Shown: in pieces, positions 1 through 13,199 of the stretch
Layout of the letters: every line of letters starts with the position of its first letter
Position numbering within the stretch: the first letter of the stretch is position 1
Assembly: GCF_000143415.4 (NCBI RefSeq)
Contig: NW_003314395.1
Coordinates: 124,001-188,000 of the forward strand
Length of the DNA stretch: 64,000 nucleotides
Direction of reading: 5' to 3'
DNA from: Selaginella moellendorffii
Taxonomy: Eukaryota > Plantae > Lycopodiophyta
Made by a program: the position numbers and the translations under genes
The notes under the pieces: generated by a model
The model's input: only the letters and a program-made list of their open reading frames with translations
Database searches by the model: none
Told to the model about the DNA's origin: nothing

Positions 1-429
1 CTGAGACTTTGAAATGACATTTCCAAACACCATGGTCATACATGAGCCTTATAGGTACTTTCCCCACCTTTCGCCCTAAAGTGCCCTAGCCATGTGGCTA
101 GAGCAAGGTTCTAATGAGCTATACCAAGTATTCAAGTAGGTAGTGCCATCTACATTTGGATTGGGAGTATTGACCATTCGATCTCTTGGGGGAGATAGAG
201 TCAACTCTTAAACACTTCACTTAATTACTTTGCTTGTTTGTCTGTATTCATTGTAGCCTTGGACTCTTTAATGGATATATCATCACCTAACATGTGAATA
301 TAACCTTCTTTGTTCACATTAACCCTTCTTAGTCAAATTGGCTCCACTAGAGTCCTCCCTTTATTATACTTTTGGAGCTCACCAAGCCCCCTAGGATTTG
401 GAAGATGATCGCTTTGGGATTTTACCTTC

Positions 430-800
430 AGATTCGGACTCGGGCTTAAACTCGGACTCGGTTTCGGTCTCGGACTTAGACTCAATCTCGGTCTCAGTCT
501 TGGTCTCGATCTTGATCTTGGTCTTGGTCTCTTTCTTGGCCTTGACCTCGGACTCCATCTTAGGTCTATCTCAAATTCCATCTTATGTCCATCTTGGACT
601 CAATCTCGAGTATATCTCAGACTCCATCTTAAGTCTATTTCGGACTCAACCTCAAACTCCATCTTGAGTCTATTTTAAGTCCATCTCAAACTCCATCTCA
701 AATTCCTTCTTGAGTCCATCTTGAGTCCATATCGGACTCTATCTTGGACTCCAACTTGTATTCCTTCTCAAACTCAATCTTGAACTTTTTCTCGAACTCC
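430..800. repeat. Degenerate hexamer-based tandem repeat (GACTC[AC]ATCT[CT] / GGTCTC-like units)
   Basis: Repeated gactcgg/gactcaatc/gactccatct/ggtctc units; produces low-complexity ORFs on both strands (SDSDS..., RPRSRSRP...). Confidence 0.75.
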
Positions 801-959
801 TTTTTAGACTTGTTCCTGACACTTCCATGTGTCTCCTTCTTGTGTCCCTTTTTAAAGACTCATTCACCAGTTGTTTCATGCTCATTCATCGAGCACTTTG
901 TTTGGAGCTCCACTCCCACTCTTGACTTTCCAAGTTGGAGCATTTGGTCTAAATATGTT

Positions 960-2194
960 ATGTTTGTTGGAATTCTACTTTAACCATTACCATGTGGCAT
1001 CCTTTTTGCTCCACTTTAGGGTTTAGGGATTTATGTCTCATAACCCGCTCACAGTCTATAGACCAAATGAAAGATAGCGTTGATGACTTTAGTAAAGTTT
1101 GCAACGGTGCAGTGCAATTAAAAAGATAATCAACAAAATGATTGAGATGCTGCACCTTGCCCAAGAAGCATTATATATCATTCACACACTTTAGAGTAAG
1201 GAACTTTAGAATAACCACAAGTTTATCATAATCAACTTGCAAACCCTCATAAGAAATACAGTACCCAAGATAAGTCGTGTTTTTGGACCTAAACACACAC
1301 TTCAACCACTTCAACTTTAAACCAACTTTTTATAATCGATCTAACACATTACAAACATCATAGACGTATTCTTTCCGCATCCCCTTTGAGTGGATCACTA
1401 AATGCCATATTGCATTACGAACTCAAACAACCCTTGACAAAAATGATGCAATTGTTGAAAAGCATCATCACAATCGTCTGCATATCCATATGCACATTTA
1501 AAGACGTCCAGGAGAATACTCTAATCTTCATAAGTGGCTGTGCTCAAATTATTGTACTATTGCAACATCATCCTTTAGAGACACATAAAAAATTCATATA
1601 AATGCTGAGTATCATCTTAAGAATGATATGTGGCAATCACTATGAAGTGATCGAACTAATGCTACATATCATCCCCATTATTCCCACAAAAGAACTCTAG
1701 CTGGACTTGAGGATTGGTAGCAAGAGTAGGAAGAGCTATACCACACACCATAAATGCCACCATCAACTAAGTTTGATTGTTTAACTGCAACCACATAACA
1801 TTGAGCAATTGCACCAATTGTTGCTCTTGAATCAAAGCAAGAGGAGGCTGCTACTTTGCCATAAAAATAAATGAGAAGGAAAAAAAAAAACAAAAAAGAA
1901 GAAATTGAAAAATCTATAAAGAAAAGTAGATCTAGACAATGCAAAAACTAGATCTACAGTAGAATCCCAAATCTAACACTTTTCAAGAACAATCAAAATT
2001 ACCTCTTAACTCCACCAATGTGAGTGCATAGAATATGGAAATGGGATATAGAAAATATGCATATCAATTAGCCCAAAAACCCTAATTTATATACAAAAGC
2101 GAGTGATTCGAATTGAAACCAATCCAATGACTACCAAAATCCCACTATGCTAATATTAGTATATAATATTATAATTGTATATTTGGACATCATG
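960..2194 (-). mobile_element. Degenerate, internally deleted Ty3/Gypsy element, same family as 2199-7202 (5' LTR about 2019-2194, PBS about 1998-2017, gag start and RT remnants)
   Basis: Reverse complement of 2019-2194 aligns to the LTR at 2199-2375 and is followed by TGGTGGAG. The 1140-1200 region is the reverse complement of the RT segment near 4900-4960 (FLGKVQ). Confidence 0.85.
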
Positions 2195-2198
2195 AATT

Positions 2199-2375
2199 TG
2201 TGAGGGCCAAGTGTACGGTTACGATGCCGTATACTAATATTAGGAGTAGTGGGATTTTGGTAGCCGTTGGATTGATTTCAATCCGAACCACTCACTCTTG
2301 TATATAAGCCAGGGTTTTTGGGCTAATTAATATGTATATTTTCTGTATTCCTTTTCCATATTCTAAACACTCACA
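2199..2375 (+). repeat. 5' LTR (177 bp)
   Basis: TGTGAGGGCC...CACTCACA; direct repeat of 7027-7202. Confidence 0.92.
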
Positions 2376-2376
2376 T

Positions 2377-2396
2377 TGGTGGAAATGAGGGACATC
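2377..2396 (+). promoter_or_regulatory. Primer binding site, probably complementary to tRNA-Ala
   Basis: TGGTGGAAATGAGGGACATC immediately after the LTR; resembles the reverse complement of the plant tRNA-Ala 3' end (TGGTGGAGATGCGGGGTATC, from recall). Confidence 0.65.
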
Positions 2397-5300
2397 TTTG
2401 ATTGTCCCTAAAGAATGCTTAGATTTGGGATTTTGGTTTAGATCTAGCTTTTGCATCATCTAGATCTAGCTTTTTTCATTTCCTTTCTTTTGTTCTTTCC
2501 TTTTAGGGTTTTGGTTTAGATCTAGCTTTTTGCGTTGTCTAGATCTACCATTTCCTTCTAGCTTTTTATCATTTCTCATCTTTTGCTCTTTCTTTTTCGT
2601 TCATCTTCATAACAAATTAGCAATCTCCTCCTTTGACTCTAGAGTAGCAGTTGGTACAATTACTTGATGCTATGCGTTGCAATTGAACAACCAAACTCAG
2701 TTGATGGTGGTGTTCATGGCACGTGGTACAACTCCTCTTGCTCTTGGTGCCAATCCTCGCGTTCGGCTGGAGTTTTTTCGCGGGAATCCTAGGGATGATG
2801 TGTACCATTGGTTTGATCACTTTATAATGATTGCCACATATCATTCTTGGGATGATGCTCAACGTTTGCGTGAGTTTCCCACGTGTCTCCAAGGAACGGC
2901 GTTGCAGTGGTACAATGGTTTAAGCGCAGCCACTCATGGGGATTAGAGTGTTCTCCCAAACGTCTTCAAATGCACATTTGGACATGCTAACGATTGTGAT
3001 GATGCTTTCCAACAATTGCATCGTCTTTGCCAAGGGCCATTTGAGTCGGTGATGCAATTTGGTGTTTGTTTCTGAAGTCTTTTGCTTCGTGCGGAGCCAA
3101 ATATGTTGGAGCAGATCAAGCTAGGAATGTTGTGGCTAGCACTTCGTCAAGATCTTGTTAGATTTGTGCATGCATTTGCTCCCGCCACCCTTGACGATGC
3201 TCTTCACCTGCCACAATGTTATAAGATGTCACCTCTTCCACTTCTCGTTGCACATCCTTCCGCTCCAGTGATGATCCTATTTCAATGGAGGTTGATATTG
3301 TTGTTGCTCGAGTCCAAGGACAAATATGAGGATATGGTCGTGGCTATGATGTTCGCTGTTGGGTGTGTGATGAAGTTGGTCATATTTATCAGCGTTGTCA
3401 GCATTTTTCGGATTGGCGACCTCTATTTCCTAGGTGGAAACCTTGGCGTCAGCAACATCCCGTTGGTGCTGCTATAGTGGAAGGTCTAGACACCGAGATG
3501 CATCTGGGAAATGAGGAGTCGCACGAGTAATAGAGGGACCTTGCGTGAATAAGTCAGTGCCCTCTCCATCTTTCTTTTGGGAGTATCATCAAGGGGTTCA
3601 CTTGGCACCGGTTCATCCAGTGTTTACTTTCCAAGCTCGTTTTTATAATAAGAGGTCTCCTATTATTCTCTCCGTGTTGGTTGATATAGGTTCAAGTTTA
3701 TCTTCTATTGCTCGACCTGTTGCCACACGGTGTCGTCTACACTTGCGTCGTGCAGCGAAACCAATTTTCATTCTTTATGGCAACGGCTGTATATATGCAT
3801 GTGCATGGGATGAGGTGGACCTAGTTGTGCATGTGGGTAATTTCAAGCTTGAGTTGCATTCGTTGTGGGTGGTGCTGAGTCAAGCTTTTGACCTCATTCT
3901 TGGTATGGATTGGTTGCAGCGCAATCATGCCAAGTGTGACTTTGAGGTTTCTCCCTCTTGTTTCATACTTCCTTATGTTTCATTCATTCCTCTCACTTTC
4001 GTACCTCTTCATCCCTTGACTTCTACCTCTGCTTTCATTACTTTTGTTCCCCCATTATTTCTTTTTGTGTTTCCATCTTGTTCTGCTTTTCCCTTTTCCG
4101 ATCTTTCTGACAATCTTTGTGTTGCAGCGGTTGACTGGCTCATGAAAGAGTATTTTGATCTTTTTGAATTTGACCTATCGTGTGGGGCCAAGATTGCCAC
4201 ACATCATCTGATTCCAACCGGGGATGCTCGTCCAATCAAGGTTCCTGTTCATCGTCAATCACCTAAGGAGATCAAGATTTTACGTGCAAACATCAAGGAG
4301 ATGTTGGAGAAGGGTGTTATTCGGAAATCGTGGAGTCCTTAGCCATGTGAACTTCATCTTGTGATGAAACTTGATGGGAGTATTCATTTTTGCATCGACT
4401 ATCGTCTGTTAAATGAAGTGACGATCTCAAATGTGTACCCTCTTCCTCACATTGTTGATCTCTTGGATCGTTTGGGGTGAAGTCATTGGTTCATTAAGTT
4501 AGATCTTGCTTCTGGGTATTGGTAAGTACCGATGGTCGAAGAAGATATTCCTAAAACTGTTTTTCGTACACCATTTGGTTTGTACAAGTTCTTGGTGATG
4601 CTGTTTGGTTTGAACAATACTCCAGTAACTTTCCAACAGATGATGGACGAGGTTCTTTGCGATATGCCGGAGGTGACTACTGACTTCATTGATGATGTCT
4701 TGATCCACTCGGAGGGGACGTGGGAGGAGCATATTCGTGATGTTTGTAAAGTGTTAAATTGGCTACACAACGCTAGTTTAAAGCTGAAGCAGTCAAAGTG
4801 TGTGTTTGGGTCCAAGAACACAACTTATCTTGGGTATCATATTTCTCGTGAGGGTTTGCAAGTTGATCCTAACAAACTTGTGGCTATTCTAAAGTTCCCT
4901 ATTCCGAAGTGTGTGACTGATGTGCAGTGCTTCTTGGGTAAGGTGTAGTATCTCAGTCGTTTTATGGATAATCTTTCCGATCGCACTACACCATTGTAAG
5001 CATTGTTAAAGTCATTAACGTCATCTTTCATCTGATCTTCAGATTGTGAGCAGGCGTTCATGGATCTCAAAGAGCTATTGACTACTCCTCCGGTTTTGGC
5101 ATATCCTAACTACACTCAATCTTTTATTTTGCGTATGGATGTTTCTGACTTTGGTCTTGGAGGTGTGTTGATGCAAGAAAGCTTGAGTGTGCCTAGTCAG
5201 TGCCATCCCATTGCATACATAAGTTCTACATTACAACTAGAGGAGATGAACTACTCCATGACAGAGAAGGAGTGTTTAGCAGCAGTTTGGGGTTTCGAGA

Positions 5301-7011
5301 AACTTCATGCATATCTATATGGTTCTCGGACATTACTTGAAGGTGACCATGCTGCTGTTACTTCATTATTGAAGCAAAAAAACCTAATTGGTCATACTAC
5401 TTGATGGGCTTTGAAGCTTCAGATATATGATTTTGATGTTGTTCATCACCCAGGGAGTTCTATAGCTGATGCTAATGCCTTGTCTCGGGCTCCTCTTCCT
5501 TCTCCACTCACTTCTCATGTTTCTAATGAGCCTATTGTTCTAGCATCTATGAATTTTCTAAACGAGGATTCTGTGCCATCGGAGATTGCTGTCCTTGACA
5601 TTCAATGTCCACAAGGTGCAGAGCAAGATCTATCTTCTCTTGATGAGGTTTGCAAGGCTCAAAAGATTGAGCCGTGGATTTGAAGGCTTCGAGATGGGTT
5701 TGAGAATTTTACATCATTTGCTGATGACTTGCCTTTCCGGCATTTACATTCTCAATATCACCTTGAAAACAGCCTTCTTTATTTTCTGGGGATGAATCTT
5801 GATGATCATTTACGGCTAATGGTGCCTTTTGTCTTTATTCCACGATTTCTCCATGCCTACCATGATTCTCCTATTCTAGGTGGGCATATAGGACACCATC
5901 ATGTCACCGAGAAGCTGCACAGGTCTTTCTATTAGCCGAAGATGCGACATGATATTATCCAGTATGTGCGTAGTTGCGTTTGGTTCTAAGCTCGTAATAC
6001 TCCCCCTCGGGCTGCAGAAGGATGGTTGGAGTCAATTGCAGTTTCCCATCCATTTGAGTTGGTGGTGTTTGATCTTATGGGACCTTTTTCACGGTCAACT
6101 ACTGCCAATGAGTATATTATTATTGCTTCTGACTACTTGATTCATTGGGTGGAAGTTGGCGCTCTTGCTAGCACCTCTACAACTGTTGTTGGATATTTCC
6201 TCCTCAATCGAGTGGTGTTCCAGCATTTTTGTCCAGAGCGGATTCTTTCGAATAATGGTCCCGCATTTATGGCTGAGGCATTTCATGTTTTGATGTCTTG
6301 GTTGGGGATACGCCACACTTTCATGAATGTTTATCATCCACAATCAAACGGTCTAGTGGAACGGGTCATTCGGACATTCAAAGGGATGATTGCGAAGTAT
6401 ATGAACTTTCAACATTCGGATTGGGATTGTTATTTGCCGTCTCTTCAGTATGCATATATCACAGGGGTGTAGAGTTTTGTTGGTGCTTCATTTTATAAAC
6501 TCCTATATGGTCATGATCCAATATTAACAATAGAGCTGGGTTTACCTTTAAGATTGCCACGAGCTGTCAATGCTAGGTCATGGGATCAATATTTGATGAG
6601 CATTCTTCCAATTGTCCAAGTAGAGTCTGCCGAACACTTAGGCCACATACAAGTGGGACAACAATGGCACTATAATTTCCATCATCGTCCACTTGCGGAG
6701 TACAAAGTGGATGATTTGTTGTTAGTCCATTTTCCCTATCTTACGATACATGGTTTATTTAAAAGGCTTCTTGCGTAATGGAAAGGACCGTATCAAGTGT
6801 TACGGCAAGTTGGACCACAAGTTCATGAGGTTCAACATGACGTTCAGCAAGCCGATCCTCCAGAGATTGTGCATGTGCAACAGCTGAAACACTTCGTACA
6901 AAGGGATCAAGAGGAGTTAATATCACTTACAAATCTACCAATACCTCCTCTTGACATTCCTCCAGATCCCAGCCCATCTACAAGAAAACCCTGATGGTCT
7001 TCCATTATTCC

Positions 7012-7202
7012 AAGAGGAGGGGATGATGTGAAGGCCAAGTGTATAGCTACGATGTTATATATTAATATTAGCGTAGTGGGATTTTGGTAGCCGTCAGATT
7101 GGTTTCAATCTGGACCACTTACTCTTGTATATAAGCTAGGGTTTTTGGGCTAATTAATATGCACATTTTCTATATTCCCTTTCCATATTCCAAGCACTCA
7201 CA
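7012..7202 (+). repeat. Polypurine tract (7012-7026) and 3' LTR (7027-7202)
   Basis: AAGAGGAGGGGATGA directly precedes TGTGAAGGCC...CACTCACA. Confidence 0.92.
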
Positions 7203-7419
7203 AATCCATATTTTCCAAAACTTTGTTTCTTAGTAATATCATATAGAAATTCATTTCGTTTTATATGGAAAACTCTAGAAACATGTAAATGCTATAAATA
7301 TATCTGGTTTAAATAATGAGTTACTATTGACATGGCTTTCAAGAGCACGCAAAACAGGACACACTTGAGGCTTGTCTATGAAGCAGAAGCCATCAGCAGT
7401 AATATTTTTGTGTTTGCTT

Positions 7420-8850
7420 TGTGAGAGCAAATGCCTTATATTGATAAGGAGCTTTGTTCCCGAGATTGTGGAGCTTCTTGCCGATAGCATTTGGAACCTG
7501 GCTTTCTGTCCATATCTTTCATTCTTCTTCTTTTTCTTCTTCTTCTTCTTTTCTTATGGGGTTGATTGGATCCACAGGCTGACATCTTGAGAGAAGAGAT
7601 TAAAGATATTGCCAAAGATCCTCAAGCAATGCTTCCAGTTCCAAGGGCCCTCTTGGCAAAGCGCTGATGGCAAGCAAGTCCTCATTGGATAAACTCAACT
7701 CGTGTGCTCTTCACAAGTTTCTAGCTTTCTCATGTCTTCCTGCTTTTGTTATTCTTGTGTTTTTCTAACAGCAGGGAGGCAAACTAAACAACTTCACGGA
7801 TGGGTCTGGCATTGAGCACGACTATTTTCTCTCGCTGGTGAAACCGTTGTTTGAGGACATGCCTCTGGTGGCGCCTCCAGAGCCTGCAAAGTCTGAGTAT
7901 GTTGGTGGCGAGTGGCCCCTTCAAGGCAAGAGTGATGTAAGAGTTTTTCCTTTCTTTCATTTTTGCGTTCTCTCTTTGTTGGAAGTCTAAATGGATCTAG
8001 CTCTTTCATTTTTAACCAGACAGGTTTCCATCGCTTTTGAATCCCTGGTGGCTGGAGAAATGAATGCGATGCTGTTGCGGCAACTGTGTTACAGGTAAAG
8101 ATTCCCCTTCTTTCTCAAGTTTGCTGGAAGAACATGTTTATGCAAACTTTGTGTTTCTTTTATTTTTTTAGCGTTTTAGTCGGCTCGTTTTCAACCAGGG
8201 GCCCAGGCAAGGGCATCCATTCCAGATTGTGTATGTATGAATCGTGGTTTGGTTTTTGTGTTCTTGTTTAATTTGGCACAGACGTCCAGATACTCGTGTT
8301 CTCGCTGTCCATCCCATGTGGAAAATTTTAGTGCTTTTACTTCTGTATACAATGACTCCAGCTTGTTTGGGATCCGCACATCTTCTGTGAGTAGCGCTCT
8401 CGAGTAATATTTGTCTCAAATGCGTGTTCTTGTGCTGTTTATCTAGGAGCACAAGTTTGTAGACGAACTGGTAGATATTATAGGAGACGAGCTTTTGGCA
8501 GAACCTGGAGAAGGTACTCAACTTGGAATTTTCTCTTTTATCACTTCTATATGAACGTTCTTTCCATTGTCGTCGGATTGAATCACACAAAGAATGCAAC
8601 CATTTCACTTGTTCTGATGAATCTCAAGTCTCTGGTTCGTGGTTTCTCGTTTCTCTATGCATAGATGAACTATATATTTTCTTATAGGTGGTCGTGAATG
8701 ATCGGCAAGTTTTCACTATGGTTGCAGGTCAGACACTACGTTATTTGTAAATTGTTTTGTGAGCTTTTTATTTTGGGGACAGGAAGCCTGCAAAAGAATT
8801 TATCAATGCAGTTCATGAGCACTTTAGATGATCTTTGTAAAGTTGTGGTA
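7420..8850 (+). pseudogene. Mitochondrial processing peptidase alpha subunit pseudogene (intron-containing, degraded)
   Basis: Exon remnants FVPEIVELLADSIWNLAF, SGIEHDYFLSLVKPLFEDMPLVAPPEPAKSEYVGGEW, PGGWRNECDAVAATVLQ, glycine loop GSFSTRGPGKGIHSRL, FSAFTSVYNDSSLFGI; deletions and frameshifts; no 5' part found. Confidence 0.85.
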
Positions 8851-8994
8851 CGGCGACGGTACGTATATCACAAAGTTTTCAAATAATAGTTGATATATTA
8901 ATTCAGTTTTAACAAAAGTGATTTTCGTATTTACAACAGCCATTAAATAAAAATTAATCTTATGACCCGTTAGATGATAGTATTCGCTTAGGGT

Positions 8995-10200
8995 ATGGAA
9001 TTCCCCCTCGAAGCTGCGAAGGCTCTTTGTCCTGGAATCCTCGTTTTTTTATCAGGGAACTACATTGCGTCTGGAGAGAATCGTCCGTGCTTCCTGACGT
9101 GGAGTGCACTCTGTCTGCATGGCCTCTTCCAGTGGGTGACTGGAAGAAATCTCTGGATGGCGCTTTTGGTTTTGCGGTGGATGCGGCAGCGAAACTTCAA
9201 CCTGCGGAAAAAAGATCTGGAGGCCAAAATCAGTGATCCTAGCTACAAGAACTCGAGCCTGAAGCCTGAGGCATGGGCCAGACAGACATCAGGGTTTTTC
9301 CCAAGCCAGATCAACAAGACCTGGGACTGGAGGGCACAAACACGAGACTCAAAGCCCTGAACTCCACGTTGATCCTGCAAGTCACCAACCAGAAAGAAGA
9401 TATGAAGAAAACAAACACAGAAGCAAGCTGAGAAAATCCAAGAGCTGCAGAAGGACTCAAGGGAGATCGTTAGCCTTAAGGAGGAGAAACTCACGGAGAG
9501 AGTGGCAAAGCTTGAGGAGGAACTTACAGACCAGAGTCGTCAGCTTTCAGCCCATGGCCGTCAACTCTCAGCATTGGAGCAGAGGTTATCTCCATTGTGC
9601 ATGGTCGAGCGAGTGCTTCTGCAAAAGCTCTGTGAGGCCAGGCTCGGGAGAAATGCGTGAGGCTTGTGGGAGAAGCAGATGTGGAGATCCCACTCGCAGC
9701 CGATGGAAAAACAAATTGGAATGCATTTTTCAACATTCCAGGGTAAGTTTTTCTTTTTCTTTTTTTCTTCTGTCAACTAGTACTTACATGTGATTTTTAT
9801 TTCTTTCAGAGTCGTGGCATTGTTAAACGATGCAGGGCTCACCGTGGGGCTCGAGTATGCCAGATCGATCCCCCGGCGCTTGCATGCCAGTGCGCATCAA
9901 GTGGTGGAGTCGGAGGTGTTTGTGGACACAATGCCGGAGCTGACGCTCAACAAGTTCCGGACCAAAATGGGGAACATTCTGGTGTTCATCTATCTAGCAG
10001 TGCAAGCTTCTCTCCAAGCGGCCTTTGAGGCTGAGTAAAGGTGTGTAAATTTCAAGCTTACTAAGCATTGAGCTCTTTGTTTCTTGTGTCAGGTTTTGCA
10101 ACGAATTTTTGTCCCCTTGAATTTTCTCCCTTCGATAGCTATCCTCTCGAGTTCTAGAGCCTCTTGTACAAGCTTGTTATTCTTACCATCGGAAGATACT
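8995..10200 (+). pseudogene. Fragmented coding-like region of unknown family
   Basis: GC-elevated sequence with intron-like GTAAG...CAG at 9743-9809, a coiled-coil-like stretch and interrupted ORFs; no recognisable domain. Confidence 0.3.
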
Positions 10201-12301
10201 CAAAAAGTAAGCTGTTTAACTTAGCGAGTAAGCTAAAGTAAATGTAAAAACACTTTTGTCCCTAAATTTTCTTGTTCGTTTTCTTTGCCTGTCGGATTTC
10301 ATTTAGCAAATAGAAATAACAAATGAGTCCAACAAAAATAGCAGGAGCTGAAAGTTTCCTCGCGTGCTAATGGCTGAGATAACCACAGCTCTTTTATTGG
10401 GAGCCACTCGCAGCATCTACGCAGTGGTAACTGTTACCTGGAGCTTCGTACTTTTGCCGCTTCTTCTTCCACTCCTCCATGGCTCTCAAGCTTCATTTTT
10501 TTCTGGGGACCTTCAACACTCTTGATTTTCTTTGGCTTTTCAGACTTGGAATCTCTCTCGGGAGGTGTCAAATGTAGCTGCAAGAGGCCAAATCCCATAG
10601 CAATCTTGCCAACCTGCAATTTCTTCCACCTAAATACAAATAGAGAACAAAGAAGTAAGGATCGCTCATTGGAAAATGTAATTATAGTGGTGCTCTTTTT
10701 GTTGGCAAAATAAGCATTTTCCATTTTTTGCAGCAATGTCATATTAATGTTGTTGAAATATAGATTAGTGGAGGCTTTTTGTACAAATATGTCAATGACC
10801 TTTTCATCCTTATTTTAAAAGTACCATCAAAAAACAATTTTAGCATAAATTTGAAGTGTTAACTTTCCAAGCTCATTTTTATAAATAGTGGTCCTTTGTT
10901 ATCTTTTCTATACAGGTTTGAGTTTATTTTCTATTTTTCAACTTATTATTATATGTTGTTGTATACATTTGCATCATGTAGTAAATTTAATTTTCATTCT
11001 CTATAACAACACCTATATACATATGCATGAGACAAGGTAAACTTAATTGTATATAGAAGTGATTTTGACCTTGAACTTCAGTCATTGTAAGTAGTGTTGA
11101 ATTAAAGTAACCTTATCATTGGCATAAATTAATTACAACACAATCATACCAAATATAACTTTGAGGATTTTCCCTCTTGATTCATACTCCCTCATTTTTT
11201 CTTCATTCCTCTCACTTGAAGCTGGAAGATTCCTCTCATCTAGTCTAATACACTTGGGTATTATCTTCAATCCTTGTCTCAGAACTCAAAAAGCACCACT
11301 CATAAAGGAGAAAAGTTGCTATTAAATTATGTTAAATCAGCCCCTTTTCACCCTTATCATAGATGCCTTTGAAGTAGTATTTCACAGCTATAAGAACTCT
11401 ATAGAAAGATTCTTACAAAGAAGCTCTCAAGAACTCTCTTTCCTCTCTAAAATAAGACTATATAGTGGATTCTTAAAGAAAAAACACTCTAGCTTCACTT
11501 ATGATATAATAGAAAAAAAAATGATAAAAAATAGTGATAGATTGTGCAAAAAAATTTCAAAATCTCAACCTAGGGCTTCTAGGATACAATTATGACCGAA
11601 AACACTTATTTAGGTTGTGCCACATTAAAAGAGAGATGAGAAAAGGATCCATGATATGGAAGAAATGGCAAGAGAAATGGAGTTGTATAAGTTGCAAAAA
11701 AAATTGAGAGAAAATAAAATAAAACAAAGCTAAAACCAAATTTAAGAGATAGTTCTATCAGGGTGATGTTATTATTACATAACATTTTCATTAATAACAA
11801 GAAAATTAAATGTAAATTGCATAATAAATAAAAACTCAAAGGAGTATTGTTGCATATAATAGCAAATTAGTGTTGGGGCCAGATCCAGAGCTTCCACAAT
11901 GCAAACCTTAAACCTAAAAAGCACATATAATAACTGTATGTATCAACTTTACAAACTATGTAGTATTTAAGGTTTTTTAAATCCAATTATTAGTCTACTA
12001 TATTATTATTAATTAAAATCTCTCTTGGCACAATAATATACATAGCTAATTAATTTTTTTCTAGCCATTATTCTTATATTTTCTGTTGAATCGTTACCTC
12101 CCCTTCAATAGCTTCCTTCCTTGAATTAGATAAAAATGTTTTATTTAATAATAAAAAATTTTATGTAGAAGAATTTCAATATAAGTTAAACATCAGAATC
12201 TTTTTTCAAAGGATAAATTTGAAAACGTTATAAAAACAAAAATAAATTTATATAAATGAAGAACAAAACCATTAAGTATATTAATAAATCAAAATATAAA
12301 A

Positions 12302-12751
12302 ATGAAATTATTAGCTTATTTCATTTTATGGTTTGCTATATTGAAAGGCTCTCTTCAAAATTACTCAAGTCCATCAATTGTAGACTGCATTGAAAGAAAT
12401 TATGTAAGAACTGATGTTGGAGATTATTGTAACTGTGCATCATTTGTTTGGATTAAATTTGCTTTAGCTAATTTTGCACCTGGATATTATAGCTTTAGAA
12501 TTGGTACACTTGGAGTTTTTTTAAACATTGGACGCTTTCATGATCAAACAAGAAATGATTTTCTTGAAGGTATTGAAGATATATGGGAAATATGTCTTTC
12601 ACAAAATGAATTTGGAGGTCATGTCATTCTTACTGATGGGTCAATGAGATTAATGATAACTCATACTCGAGATGAACTTACTTATAGTGAAAATAATTAT
12701 CTTAAACCTCAAGATTTATATTTACCAGATAAGTGTTATGCAACTTCTTAA
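12302..12751 (+). CDS. Intronless AT-rich secreted Cys-containing protein, 149 aa, unknown family
   Basis: Intact ORF in very AT-rich DNA, signal peptide MKLLAYFILWFAILKGSLQ, five Cys, TATATAAAT about 50 bp upstream. Confidence 0.7.
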   Translation: MKLLAYFILWFAILKGSLQNYSSPSIVDCIERNYVRTDVGDYCNCASFVWIKFALANFAPGYYSFRIGTLGVFLNIGRFHDQTRNDFLEGIEDIWEICLSQNEFGGHVILTDGSMRLMITHTRDELTYSENNYLKPQDLYLPDKCYATS

Positions 12752-13199
12752 TTAATTAACATCTATCTAAATTTTAATTAAATATTAAGAATATATTTTT
12801 ATTTAGTTATCTTTAACTGTGATTAGTGATTAAAACTGGAAATTTATAATAATAAATATGTTTATTGTATAATTTATAATCATAACTTGTAGCTTAATGA
12901 TTAGTAAATATATTGTATTGAATAATTATAATAAACTATAATTAGTAATTAATTACCATAATTTCTAAAACTAATTGTTTTATTACTGTTAAAAGTTTTT
13001 TTTCTTCTACAAGTGATTTTATTGCTAGTGCTTTTTAAATTGGAAAAATAAGAAAAATAAATATCTTGAATAAACCGATTATTCTAAATATATCCAATCA
13101 ATATAATTAAATCTCACCCCACTACTATTAGTAGTAGCAGCCTGTTATAAATCATCAATATTGATGATTATAAGTGTCATGCTATGGAGAACTCTAGTC

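Larger units (their letters stand above)
2199..7202 (+). mobile_element. Full-length but inactivated Ty3/Gypsy LTR retrotransposon (gag-PR-RT-RH-IN)
   Basis: LTRs 2199-2375 and 7027-7202 (TG...CA). Protease VLVDIGSS/LILGMDWL, RT KTVFRTPFGLY..FIDDVLI, RNase H LAYPNYTQSFILRMDVSDFGLGGVL, integrase YHPQSNGLVER. Many stops and frameshifts; flanks AATT/AATC. Confidence 0.95.

Noticed and set aside
333-983. ORFs of 82-89 aa (RS-rich, SD-rich)
   Set aside because: Products of the hexamer tandem repeat, with no domain signal.
10434-10742. 102-aa minus ORF with one exon-like segment
   Set aside because: No recognisable family and no complete gene model.
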